Shown piece after piece: positions 34,553 through 47,166 of a DNA stretch of 64,000 bases. The notes under the pieces were generated by a model that was given only the letters and a program-made list of their open reading frames with translations, did no database searches and was not told where the DNA came from. Position 1 is the stretch's first letter. The number at the start of each line of letters is the position of its first letter. The translations under genes and the position numbers were made by a program. Source of the stretch: Zancudomyces culisetae HAW-14-8 (taxonomy: Eukaryota; Fungi; Kickxellomycota); the NCBI GenBank assembly GCA_052426225.1, contig JBNJNM010000020.1, forward strand, positions 1 through 64,000. Reading direction: 5' to 3'.

Positions 34553-37365
34553 CAAAGAAAAGGATCAGAAGAAGCTTCTACTAGCAATGAGGATCTGCAA
34601 AGCACGGACAAAAGCATAATGTAGCAGTTTACATTCTTTGAAATATATTTTCTTTAGGATTTTTTGTAACTTTTTTATGGTGCAATTTAGCCGTTAATAA
34701 AACTATTATTTGCACTTATTCAGATCAAATCTTTGTTTATATCTGTTAATTTATTAAAGCGAAGCTAAATAATAATCCAAGTCTATATTAATGATATTAA
34801 AATATCTATCAAAGCAGATCTTACACAAAATAAAACCAACTAAATAAGTTAATACTCCTTATTTACTGTCAACTTTTTAACATTCTGAGTAAGATATGGA
34901 TGAGAATATGGTGAATTATTATTGCATCTGAATATCATATTATTCAATCACATTCTATAAACTGTGGAGAATTTTAATGTCGATACAAGTAGAATTTCAT
35001 CTAATAAAAACTAAATTGATTTTTCATAAGGAGTTTAAATCTTATAACCTGTATTGAATATTTCAAAAAAGCCATATCCCAGTAATGATATTTCTCAACT
35101 AGTCAAAGATAACCTTATACCTAAAACCCAAATATAAAGTTAAAATGTTCTGACTATATCTTTTTTTAAACAGGTATCCACTGTTGAATGGGATTCGGCA
35201 TAACCCCATTTTATGTCGGGTTCTTTCATTTGTAAAAAAGCATGATCTATGATACCGGCAAATGTATCGCTACCAGATGAGTATCATACCTCATCTCTAG
35301 CTGTCTGGATAAATGCGGTTCTTAGTTTATTAATGAAGCCTGACATGTTTGCTATGAGATTTTAACAGTTTTTGTTTTTGTCTTTACACTTAATATTTAT
35401 TAACTAGCCGTAGCATTATTTCAAACCTGAACTTCAGTTCATAATTAATATTTACTTATTTTAATCTTCTTTCTCTAACAAAACTATTAAAAGAGCTAGT
35501 GAATCCTCTAATTAGTCTTCGTTTGGCTTTATATATCTTATCTTTATTTAAAATTGCTATAAATAACTATATTTAATCGTTCTACTATATCTATTTGGTT
35601 TTCTGTACTGTTAGATTGCTTCATTCTTCCTTTCATTTCTCATAGTTCATTTTGTACTTATTTAAACTTTTTATATATTAATGAATAGAAACTATTTTAA
35701 TCTGGTTTTCCATAATTTCTTATTATTATTGGCTTTTGTTATTTTTCATGATCAAAATAGTTGTCATTTTTAGTTATCAAGTCATGATTGTTATAATAAT
35801 ATGAAATTTTGTTTTCATATTTTCCCACTCCTTTACTTTAATATTAATTTGAATAATGCCTTGCGTCCCGTATTAAAATTTGGGTACTCGAGAAAATATT
35901 AAGAAGAGTGTTTTTTAAAGTTTTAATGTATAATGAAAACTAATATACCATTGAATTTTATGACAACCGATCTAGCACATTCCGTAATCAACCCTCATCG
36001 GTATGTGTTTACGTAGTCTATTCTAGTGATTATTATTTTGTATAGTACTGTGTTTTTAAAAGTAGGGTTTATTTTTTAGAAAAACAAAAAGATTTTTATA
36101 TATATCTTCCATCCATCTGCTACTTTTAGTCATTATAAGCTTCAAAATACTTATTAAAAAACCTGTCATTTAGTGAATTGTATAAAACTGCTGTAAGAAA
36201 TATTGTTCATAAAAGGTGTCATTATAATTTCCAGTCATTGTTTTTTATCGATCATTTGCTTTGGTTAAGTAGGTCGTTTTGAACTGACATCTAAAAACAT
36301 ATAATTTAACTTTCCACATTATGTTTGATGTGAGATAGTAGTTGAAACTACCCACTGCCATCATTTTCTCATTATATTGTATTCTGTATATCCAAGAATC
36401 ACAAGTTTTATTTTACTGAGTATAAAGTAGTTTATATCTAATTCAACACTTCAGCATCTTTAACAAACCAGTTTTTGAATATTTATTATCACCAATTCCA
36501 TCAAAATTAATATACCTCTCCAACCATATCCTATTTGAACTTCAATACTCTCTTATATCCTTCTTCTTTTATTCTCTTTAGTACCAGTGCAACAACCGCT
36601 TTGTTTAATCGAAGAAATGAATATTATTCAACTGATTATACAACTTGGCGTAAAATAAAAGTACTTAAGTGGTTCTAGTATATTTCAATAAATAATAACG
36701 GATGTTACTGTGATTGTGTGAAGTCCGTTATATACACCTGCCTACCGAATTATCTCGTGAGATCTGTGAGTAATAATTATATTCCAGGTATGACATTAAC
36801 AGGCAGATTGCTTATTCTCAAGTTTGTCAACTTTTTTTGGTAATCGTTTAGTTAGATATATATTCAGTTAGGTAGTGATAAAAGTACAATAACTTTAATG
36901 CATGTACTCAACTGGAGTATTTCTTGGTTGTTGAACTAAAATGTATTTGAACTCTCTTTATATACTTTTAATTACTTTTTTTTGACTAATAGCAAATCGT
37001 CCATAAATCTACAAAGGTGAATAAATTATTGTCTTGAAAATAGTCCAGCATTCTGGTTTGATGTAAATCTAACAGTAATACCCAATAATCTGAATTATCA
37101 ATGGTTATATATTGCATTTATTTGGTAATTATGTGCAATAAAATAAACAAATGATTTTGTTGAATTTATCAAATGGAAGCGAATGACAACTTGAATAATA
37201 CTCAATGATTAGGTAAATAAATCAAAAAAATGAAGAAAAAATAGTATAAAACCAATTTGATTCTATCATTCGGAGTTTATTCTTCTTTCCTCTTTACTTT
37301 AATCCACTAGCAAACTAATTAAACTTTAAAGGAAAGAAAATAAGAACAACTCGAATTATGAAAGA

Positions 37366-40300
37366 ATGAATAACAACAATAACGACGATGTATTCAACAA
37401 ACTTCCAGCAAGTATCTTGTCGACTATATTCGCATTTGCTCAAAACCCTCAACTATCACTCTTGAACAAAGATATGTACAAAGCCTCTCAAAAAGTGGAA
37501 ACTATTGTTGAGTACATACTACAATATGTCTTGTCAAATAAAAAAGACAGTCCCGAATCGAATTTAAAAAGTATATTCGATAAATACACCAGAATTAGTA
37601 CGAATGAAACCGTTGGAATGCTAGTTCTGAGTAAAATCAAGAACTTGAACTATGGAATTGCTCTAGAATTGGCAGTCAAGTACAAGTGGAGAAACATACT
37701 GAATAAACTACTCAAAATGTATGTGGTGATTGATAGGAGTACTTCAACGGTTGTACATAAGGGTAATTTATTCACAGAAGAAGGGGAGTACCTCGACATT
37801 GAATTTAGAAGTTTATTCTCAGGAAAAAACGAATTTCGAAGAAATTTGACAGACATCAAGATATCTGAATCTCTTTATATAAGGCCACTAGTAGCGACAC
37901 TGAAGGAATTATGGCTACACTTACACTACTCAGATCGAGATTTTGATAAAGAGAATGTGAAGGCCTTGATAGACCTTTGCTGTAGCAATATTGAGCTTCC
38001 TCAAGAATTATACAGTACTGTTATGAGGGAGGCTAAATTTATTGATAGCGTATTTATGGTATTTTGCATATTGGAGTGCACAGATAAAATCTGCAAATTG
38101 GGTAACCTTGAGCAGTTAGTACGAGTTTTGTATTTGAAAACCAATGCATCTATTTCTTTTCGGAGACTGGAACGGATTAAAAATGAATTTTACATTGTCA
38201 GATTTTGGAGACTTGTTAATTTTATTGATGAATATGGATACACAACTAAAATGGATTTTTTGGTCTATATTGCATGCTCATACTTTTCGATTTATTGGGA
38301 AAAGGAAAAGCTGATAAAATACCTTGAGGATAATTACTCCAATAGCACCTACAAACAGATACTATTTGATGCAGCTATACACCACAAAAAGGGAAGTTTA
38401 GTAAAAAGATATATGCTCGATGTGGAGTTGAACTCGGAAAATATCAGAAAAATAACAGAATTAGCATATAGACTGGATAGTATCGAACTTATTAGACTTT
38501 TGGTAGAGAACAATGATAAACTGAAAGGGGACCTAGATGAGAATGCACTGAGAATCACTATAAAGAAAAAAAATTATCGATTGGCACAAAAAACTATCAA
38601 AAAGCATCCAAATGCGGTGAGTATTGCTATTTTACACGATCTAGTACGCCTGGGTAATATTAACCTGTGCAAATCGGGTATCGAAGCTGGAGTAGATTTA
38701 AAATCACCAGAGTTCAAGGGAATTGTATTTGCTAGCAGAAATAGAGATATGAATATGCTACAGTTGCTCTTGGAAAATGGTACCTCTGTTAACTCTAGCG
38801 CACAAGAGACCATTGAAGGGTTATGTTATGATTGTAATTATGAAATATCGGAGCGACTACTTGAGTTTTCAGATATGTGGAAAAATAGAATTGAAACCAA
38901 AACTGTAGGAAGCAAGACCAAGGCTGTAAAGAGACCCAAATTCAACAAAACAATTCTATGCCTCGTTTGGGCATCTCTGCGTTATTGCGACCCCTATGCA
39001 AGTAGATATGTGGGATTCGAGGACTTTTTCGAACAATTGAATTTATATTTGGATATAATGGTAGAGATAAACTCAAAAAGAAAAGATATCATTGGTTTTA
39101 TTTTGTCGTATTTATCGGTATATTCCGCTCTCATAATACCAGAAGATGATATAAGAGCCCGTTTTTATAAAGTTGTTGAAATTATAGGTTATATCATTGA
39201 AAATAATCCACAAAGCGTATTCAATGATACAGAATCCGATGAATCTAATGAGTTGGAACACAAAAATGATATTGAAATGTTGAATGATAGACACTATGAG
39301 ATAGTAAAATTAGAATTGGTGAACCGAAACTTTGAATTTCTTAAACTATTGATAGAGTGTGGAATGGATGTCAATTCAGCTGATAGTCTAATTTTGAAAA
39401 CAGCATACGAAGCAGGTGATATTGATTGGATAAATTACTTTATCAGTAAAGGTGCGAAATTTAGTGGAAAATCGGATGGGTTTGAGGAGGCTTGTAAATC
39501 AGATAAGGTTGATGTGTTGAAATACTGGATAAAGAATGGTGGTGTGGTACCAAAGATTCCAAAACGTTCCTGCATTAACAGAGCATGTTTATTGAGTAAC
39601 TTTGGTATGGTTAAAGCATTGGTAGAGAATGGAGTTGATTTAAGTGACCCAGAGCGTAATGGAGTCAGAGTCGCATTTAGGTTGGGTCTCAAGAGGATTC
39701 TGAAATATCTTTTGGATAACAATGCTGCGATAAAAGGCGTTCGTCAAAATCAGTTAGAAGTGCGTGTACTAGTAGGAATTTTTGGACGATAAAAAGTATT
39801 CTCAAGTATTATGATGGTATAGGAGTGAGCGAAAAAAGGGACGACGGTGCAAATACTAATCAAGGTGAAAGAAGAATGCTTCTTCAGTGGGTCATAAAAA
39901 CTCTGTTAGTTTTGAAGAGTTCAGAGTTTTTAAAACCCTGTTTGAAAGGGGTAAACCCACCCAGAATAGCGATCTGGTGGGATGGGATAAAGGCAGTAGT
40001 TGCAGCAGCCAATATTGAAGTATTGAGATTACTATTAACTTGTAACATCGATCTCAATGGTGATTCTTAAATACCAAGTTATGGTGTGCAAATTTAATAC
40101 ATAGAAATAGTGGAGATGCTTTTGGAAAATGGTCTAAATGCTAAGAACAACTCGGATATTATAAATTTAGTACTCAGAACAAAAAGTGTTGATGATAATC
40201 AGACCATTATTGACACATGGTGCAAAAGCTGATAAATATAAAATCAAGCTTAGAGAATATTTAAATCTAGACTATATTGAAATATTACAGTTAGTTCTAG

Positions 40301-40718
40301 CTTGTTGCCCAGTGATTGGTGGTGTATCCTACTTACTTGCATCTGCCATTTGGAAAAGCAAGTTAGAGGCAGATAAATTTCTTTTGAAGGATATCGTTTC
40401 CTTAAGTAATAGCTGGTATATTTTTTTCTCCTGAAATGTAGTACCAATAACCCAAATATTGAAAGATTTTTATTTGAAAAAGGAGCAAGGATAATAATCT
40501 GGAAATGTTGAAGCTTTTGTTGAAAAAAAAAATCCGAATTTGGTGCTAAATTGGAGGTGTGAGCTTAAAGAGGCTGCCAAAAATAAGATTGTGGAGATTA
40601 TCAACCTGTTGATAGAGTATGATGCTGATCCAAGTGCGCACAGGGAATAAATAATGAAAGTTGCGAACGACCTAAATTATCTCAAATTGTTCGAGTTTAT
40701 TCAGAATATGGGAAGTTG
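37366..40718 (+). CDS. F-box-like/ankyrin-repeat paralog 2 (808-aa ORF to 39792, decayed 3' remainder)
   Basis: FNKLPASILSTIFAFAQNPQLSLLNK N-terminus and ankyrin-like repeats. After a frameshift at ~39760 the homologous sequence continues with stops to ~40718. Confidence 0.8.
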
Positions 40719-41922
40719 AAATCAAGAATTAATAAAATTGGAGTATATGAACTATTTCAACAAATATACTTGCGATTCAAAGGAGGTAGTTTAATGTGAA
40801 AAAAGGCATCTTATGCATTTTAATAGATAAATGGTGGCTTTTAAGAACAAAAAAAACCTTTGAACATATTTTTCTGGTCTGCATAAGATGGGTAGTACCG
40901 CGGTAATTGTTCTTGGAACGAATTTCAGATGTTTTAAATACAGGAGTTGAAGTATTACAGAATTATTTTTTTTTGTAGGTAGACTCCCTGGAAATAATAC
41001 TGTCAAGACTGGATAAATACCTTGAACTAACACCTGGTGGGTGTAGATTCATATTATGTAGGATTATTTTTATTATTAGTCTATTGTGGTATTTATTTGA
41101 TAAATCCATCTAGCAAAAAATATAGATTAACCTTCTAAGTACAGAAAGTATTACGTGTACCAAAATCGGACTGCTCATTGACATAATAACACTAGCCATC
41201 CTTTTCAATATCTTTAATTACTTGTGTTGATACAAGCATCGACCAAGCATGTTGTATTAATTGAATACCATACTTGTGCTGGAGTGTGTGGCACATATCA
41301 TACCACCTGACTGAGATGTGCTCTTGGCAGATAAAACCAAACCATAAAAAAAACAGCTCATCTTATACAATTCCAACCATGAGAGACCTAAAGATTTCCA
41401 GTGCACTATTCAGCAGATCTATTCTTTCTTGGTTGGTTTTTATTTGCTCTAAGAAATGAATATTACATGGCTTTCGGTTTTGATGATTCTCAAGATGTAT
41501 TTTCCCTTCACTTGGCATATCTATTGGTCAGGTTGTTTGTTTTGCCAACAAATATTCACTTATAATCTACGTAAATTACTTGCAAATAATCTACAAAGAT
41601 GAATATTTTACAATCTACACCAAATATTTCTTGGGGTTGAGATTTGATTGCTTGAAAACACAAAGAAAAATACATTCCAATATTTATGATAAATGAAACA
41701 AAGATGGTAAATACAATATTCATCAGTGTTTATGGTTTCATCAGTTTTTGTTCTTTTCCATTTTTAATCAGCAGTGAATTATAGGTGGAATTGATTCATG
41801 GGTATATAGGAAATACTATATAAACAGAGCAGCTTCATCATTAAAATACATAATTACACTTATTCTTAACTCCTTTTAACAATCGACAAATACAAGGCTA
41901 ATATATAATAATAACAATAACA

Positions 41923-42981
41923 ATGAAATTAAACAACAAATCAATTTGTAAACATATCTTTACAGCACTATCGCTTGGGGGTATTGCTGCTGTACACGGT
42001 TCCTCAGTTGATAATGTAGACACAAATACTGGCATATCACAGAACGGAGTGAATAATCGTATTAACAATGCGAGAATCCTAAATGGGGAACCAGCAAAGA
42101 GAGAAGATTTTCCATATATTGGAAGAACAGGAATCTACGCGGGAAGTGCTTACACACAATGTAGTGTTTCACTATTATCTAACAAAATAGCAGTAACTGC
42201 AGCTAGTTGCTTCTTAGACAATCAAGGCAAATTAAAGCAAGATTCTAAGCAAATATATATTTCCATTGATATTGAAACAACAAAATACACTCGCGGTACT
42301 GCATATTCAGCACGTAAAGTATATTATCATCCTGAGTTTTCTCCCGAGTCATTAAAAAGTGACATAGCAATTATGGAATTGAATTCTCCAGTATTAAAAG
42401 ATATGTTCACACCAGTAGCGATCTACAGTGGAAATATAACGGATGATATGGATTTGGTCACAGCGGGTTGGGGTCTCACTTCGACTGGGATATCAGGTTT
42501 ACCAAATAATAAACTAAATACAGCTATACAATCACCCTCTTCTTCAAGTGTTTGTAAAAATTTCAACCCCAACTGGTCTGATAACAACAAAAACCTCATC
42601 TGTACACTAGTAAAGGATGGCAAAAGTTCGGCATATGAAGATGGAGGAAACCCCTTGGCGTACATGAATAATGGAGCTAATTTACTTGTTGGTGTTGCGA
42701 GTAACATAGGTAGATCTGAGAGTGGTGCTGATATTCGTCCAGAAAGTGCTGTGACGAATTATTATACCCATGTATACAGCTACATTGACTGGATTGTAAG
42801 TGTCACAGGACTTGAAAAGTCGTACTTATTAAATACAACCGCTCGGCCCTCTCCTGACTACTCAACGATTACCAATTTATCGGGATATTATGATTATGCA
42901 CCTTCTGCCTCGACTATCTTGAAAAATACCGGATTCAAATTAGTGATGCTCTTATCATTGGTATTGGTTTTACTATTTTAG
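41923..42981 (+). CDS. Secreted/GPI-anchored trypsin-like (S1) serine protease homolog, catalytically inactive
   Basis: Signal peptide, activation site R-ILNG, TAASC (for TAAHC), DIAIMEL, TAGWG, YEDGGNPL (for GDSGGPL), YYTHVYSYIDWI, S/T linker and hydrophobic C-terminus. TATATAAA at ~41817. Confidence 0.9.
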   Translation: MKLNNKSICKHIFTALSLGGIAAVHGSSVDNVDTNTGISQNGVNNRINNARILNGEPAKREDFPYIGRTGIYAGSAYTQCSVSLLSNKIAVTAASCFLDNQGKLKQDSKQIYISIDIETTKYTRGTAYSARKVYYHPEFSPESLKSDIAIMELNSPVLKDMFTPVAIYSGNITDDMDLVTAGWGLTSTGISGLPNNKLNTAIQSPSSSSVCKNFNPNWSDNNKNLICTLVKDGKSSAYEDGGNPLAYMNNGANLLVGVASNIGRSESGADIRPESAVTNYYTHVYSYIDWIVSVTGLEKSYLLNTTARPSPDYSTITNLSGYYDYAPSASTILKNTGFKLVMLLSLVLVLLF

Positions 42982-43746
42982 ATTTTTTATTACTTTTTTA
43001 GCCAATTTATTGATATACAATTAATTTATTCCTATGAATGAGTTTAGTTCGTGACACTATAAATTATAAGTAACATATATCTGTAATTTATGTGTTAATA
43101 AAATCCAAAAATGGTATATTTTTCACTCACTAATAAGGTGTTTTGTATTCCACAATTGAAATGGTTTGAACATAAAAGGGTAGTGAGATGATAGTGGTAG
43201 TTGGTGATAATTAGAGCGAGCAAAATCAGATGCAGTATTTTCTAATTGAGAAAAGTTATGCAGGTGGCTGCACTTCTGATTTAAACAGCTTACACACGGC
43301 CCATACCGATCGATCCATCACTTCGTTACTTACAATAAAATGTTTTTTATCCTTTGACCAACACCTTGTATGTAAGGAGTTCGTAGAAGGACACAGACTA
43401 GTTGGTTAGATGGATATTGAACCTAATTCTTTTTTGAATGTTAATATTTACATCTTGAAACTCTTAAACAAGCATAAATTATTGGACTTAAAATAATCCA
43501 ATTTTCTGGTTTCATGTTTTAAACTGAACAACATCCAATAATATAAAGACTTGATTTTTTCAAATTACGCAGCAAATTACAACATATTTATTCGAAAAAT
43601 GAAATATATAAATACAAAAAACCAGTAAAAAAGTATAAAACAACCACATTATGCCTTTCGAGTTTATTAATCTTTATTCTTTACTTTAATACTCTAACGC
43701 CAAACAAAGCTATAAAGGTGGCAGCAATCATCCAACCTATAACAGA

Positions 43747-46700
43747 ATGGATAACACAAACAACCAACACAATGTTTTCAACAAACTTCCAGCAAGTATT
43801 CTGTCCACCGTATTTGTGCTTGCCCAAAACCCCCAGTTATCACTCTTGAACAAAAACATGCACTATGCCTCGCAGCAGGTAGACACTGTTTGTAAGTACA
43901 TACTTCAATATATTTTATCCATTACAAAACATAGTTTTAATTCGGAGTTACGAAGTATATTCGAGAAATACACCAGAATAAACATGAATGAAATCGTTGG
44001 AATACTTGTATTTAGAAAAATCAAGAGTTTGGACTATGAAACCGCTCTAGATATAGCATTCGAATACAGATGGACAAACATACTAAACAAATTGCTCAAA
44101 ATGTATGTTGTAATCGATAGAAATACTTCAGCGGTTGTGCACAAGGGCACATTATTTATGAACGAGGGCGAGCACCTGGATATTGATATTAGCGGTTTAT
44201 TTTCAGAAAGAAATGAATCACGAAGTGAGGAAAATGATATCGATATATCTGAATCACTTTATGTAAGACCATTATTCAGGGTGCGAGGGAACTCAATGGA
44301 TTTGGAGTATCAAATTTTAGATATTTCTGAAGAAAGAGATGTCAAAATGTTATTAGATATCTGCAACACCAGATTTGAGTTTTTTCCTGAAATATGTGGT
44401 TCCTTTGAAAGGGATATTATTTGTGTAGGTAAAGAATTTTTATTATACTGTTTATTCACTGCTGGAGAAGTAATAGTTGACTTGGACAACCTTGAACTAT
44501 TAAAACAGCTTTTGGATGTGAAAATCAACACAAAATTCTCTTTTCAGGATTTACAATCAATTACAAACTCCTACGGTGATTCCTATGATACGGAGTTTAA
44601 TAATTTTGTTATGGATTATGGAAATGCAGATAAAATGGATTTGTTAGTTTATATGATATGTACATTTCATTCTATTCACTGGAACGAGAAAGAGTTGATA
44701 AAATTCCTTAAGGATAGCTACACTGGTAGTAGATACTCACAGATATTTTTCGATGCAGCGGTTTATAATAGATATGACAGTTTGGTACAAGAATATGTTT
44801 TCAAAGTCGAACTAAACCCGGGAAATATTAGAAAACTAACGGAAATGGCATACTGTAGAGGCGTTGTCGGTATTGTTAAGTTGCTTTTAATAAATAGCGA
44901 TAAGCTGAAGGGAGATCTGGATGAAAATGCTCTAAAAACAGCGATAAAAACCAAGAACTACGAATTGGTACAAGAAATCATCAGTAAATATCCAAATACA
45001 ATGAGTGTTTCTTGTTTAGGGAAAGCGATAGAGATCGGGGATACTAGAATTATAAAACAACTTATCGAAGGTGGAGTGAATTTAAAATCACTAGAGTATA
45101 AGGAAGTAAGAATCACATACGGATATAGCTATTTATATAATCTACGGTTATGGGGTGGGTCTAATGATTTGGATGAATCTGAGGTTCAACATATTATTGG
45201 AAAGCTATGCAGTATTAAAAATTATGACATAGCGAAACGGCTATTAGAGATCTCAAATTTAAGCGACGAAAAAACTAAATCCAAAACTTCAGAAAGCCTG
45301 GCCAAGACTGGGACAAGGCTGAGGTTTAGTAAAACAATTCTATGTCTTATTAAAGCCTGTCAGGATTTCAGATGCCAGTTTGTTCACAATGGTGTCGATT
45401 TTGATATTTCTTTTAAATACCTGGATTTATTCGAAAACGTAATAGCAATTGTGAATTCAAGGAGGAAAAAAACGTTCGAGATTATTTACTCATATTTCCA
45501 AAAACTTTTTTCTTATAATCATATGGTTGAAGAAAGAAAATCTTGTTATGAAGAATTACTCGAAATCATTAGATATATTATTGAGAATAATCTGCAAAAT
45601 CCATTCGAATATACTGAACATGACGAAATTAACGAATTTGGATACAAAGTCAACATAGAGGTCTTGAATGATAGGCATTACGAGCTAGCAAAATCAGAGC
45701 TGGTGAATCGAAACTTTGAAATCTTAAAACTATTGATAGAGTATGGAGTTGATATTAATACGAAGAATAGTTTGATCTTAAGGACAGCGTGCAAAGCAGG
45801 TGATATTAGTTGGATTGATTATTTTATCGGTAAAGGTGCAAAACTAAACGGAGAATCAGATGGGTTTGAGGAGGCGTGTAAATCGGATAAAGTTGAAGTG
45901 TTGGAACATTGGATCAAGAATGGTGGTGTGGTGCCCAATAACCCAAAATATGAGTGTATTAACGTTGCGTGTATACTGGGTAACTTTGATATGATTAAAT
46001 GGTTGGTAGAAAATGGAGTTGATTTGAGTAACCCAGAACTGAATGGGGTCAGGGTTGCATGTAGATTGGGTCTCAAGAGAACACTGAAATATCTCTTGGA
46101 TAATAATGCTGAGGCGGGGAATATTTGTAGATACCAATTAGATTATGCTCGTTTAACTGAGGATATTGAGATGATAAAAATGATTCTAGAGTATTATGTT
46201 GGTTTGGGGGTGTTAGAGAAAAAAGACAACACAAATACAAAGGAAGGAGAATTACAACATTATTCACCTTTGAGCCATAATAATAGTGGTTGTTTTGATG
46301 AATACAAGATTACTAAAATCTTACTTGAAAAGGGTATGTCCATGGATAATAGCGATTTGTTATATGGGATAAAGGCAGCAATTACTGTATCTAATATTGA
46401 ATTATTGAATCTACTGTTAACGTATAAGATCAATCCCAATCATCATTCTAAAATAATGGAATTCGCCGTACAATTAGAAAACGTTGAGGCAGTAAAACTA
46501 CTTTTGGAGAGTGGAATCAGTGTAGAGGGTAACACTAGTATTCTAGATATAGCACTTGAATCAAAAAATGCAGAGATGTTCAGACTATTATTGGAAAATG
46601 GTGCAAAAGTGGAAAGTAAATCACATAAATTGTATTATTATTTTGATTTAGATGACATTGAAACTATTCAGTTAATGTTGAATTATTGCCCTGAGATTGG

Positions 46701-47166
46701 TGGATTCTCTCGCTTACTTGAATCTGCTATCGAGAAAAACAAACTAGAGGCAGCTAAATTGCTATTGAAAGATACGACTACGCTTGAAAATAACGAATTG
46801 GATTTCGTATATTACGCCTGTAGAAATAATAATCTAGAATTTCTGAAGCTGTTATTTGAAAATGGGGTAAAGATAAAAAGGGGAAGTGGTAGTGGAGTGG
46901 TTTGGGCGTGTACAAATAACAATTTGGAAATGCTAAAACTCTTGTTGGAAAGAAATCCGAATTTGGTACTAAAAAAGGAATACGGGTTAAAGGAGGCTAT
47001 CAAACATAAAAATGTCGAAATTATCAAACTGTTGATTAAACACGGTATTGACACAAGTAGGCATATTGAATTGATCATAAAAGTTGCGAACGAACTAGAT
47101 GATCAAGAATTGGTTGAGTTTTGCCAATATACAGTTGGGGGATTTAAAAAAGCTAAACAGTCATAA
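43747..47166 (+). CDS. F-box-like/ankyrin-repeat protein paralog 3 (intact, 1139 aa)
   Basis: Single intact ORF. N-terminal LPxxILxxVF...LSLLNK F-box-like motif and many ankyrin-type repeats (ACxxGNxDMIKWLVENGVD, AVKLLLESG, NNLEFLKLLFENGV, IIKLLIKHGID). TATAAAA at 43634. Confidence 0.88.
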   Translation: MDNTNNQHNVFNKLPASILSTVFVLAQNPQLSLLNKNMHYASQQVDTVCKYILQYILSITKHSFNSELRSIFEKYTRINMNEIVGILVFRKIKSLDYETALDIAFEYRWTNILNKLLKMYVVIDRNTSAVVHKGTLFMNEGEHLDIDISGLFSERNESRSEENDIDISESLYVRPLFRVRGNSMDLEYQILDISEERDVKMLLDICNTRFEFFPEICGSFERDIICVGKEFLLYCLFTAGEVIVDLDNLELLKQLLDVKINTKFSFQDLQSITNSYGDSYDTEFNNFVMDYGNADKMDLLVYMICTFHSIHWNEKELIKFLKDSYTGSRYSQIFFDAAVYNRYDSLVQEYVFKVELNPGNIRKLTEMAYCRGVVGIVKLLLINSDKLKGDLDENALKTAIKTKNYELVQEIISKYPNTMSVSCLGKAIEIGDTRIIKQLIEGGVNLKSLEYKEVRITYGYSYLYNLRLWGGSNDLDESEVQHIIGKLCSIKNYDIAKRLLEISNLSDEKTKSKTSESLAKTGTRLRFSKTILCLIKACQDFRCQFVHNGVDFDISFKYLDLFENVIAIVNSRRKKTFEIIYSYFQKLFSYNHMVEERKSCYEELLEIIRYIIENNLQNPFEYTEHDEINEFGYKVNIEVLNDRHYELAKSELVNRNFEILKLLIEYGVDINTKNSLILRTACKAGDISWIDYFIGKGAKLNGESDGFEEACKSDKVEVLEHWIKNGGVVPNNPKYECINVACILGNFDMIKWLVENGVDLSNPELNGVRVACRLGLKRTLKYLLDNNAEAGNICRYQLDYARLTEDIEMIKMILEYYVGLGVLEKKDNTNTKEGELQHYSPLSHNNSGCFDEYKITKILLEKGMSMDNSDLLYGIKAAITVSNIELLNLLLTYKINPNHHSKIMEFAVQLENVEAVKLLLESGISVEGNTSILDIALESKNAEMFRLLLENGAKVESKSHKLYYYFDLDDIETIQLMLNYCPEIGGFSRLLESAIEKNKLEAAKLLLKDTTTLENNELDFVYYACRNNNLEFLKLLFENGVKIKRGSGSGVVWACTNNNLEMLKLLLERNPNLVLKKEYGLKEAIKHKNVEIIKLLIKHGIDTSRHIELIIKVANELDDQELVEFCQYTVGGFKKAKQS

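Noticed and set aside
35150-35400. Protein-like minus-strand fragment (also a similar one at ~41150-41460)
   Set aside because: Interrupted by stops with no identifiable family or transposase motif; too weak to annotate.
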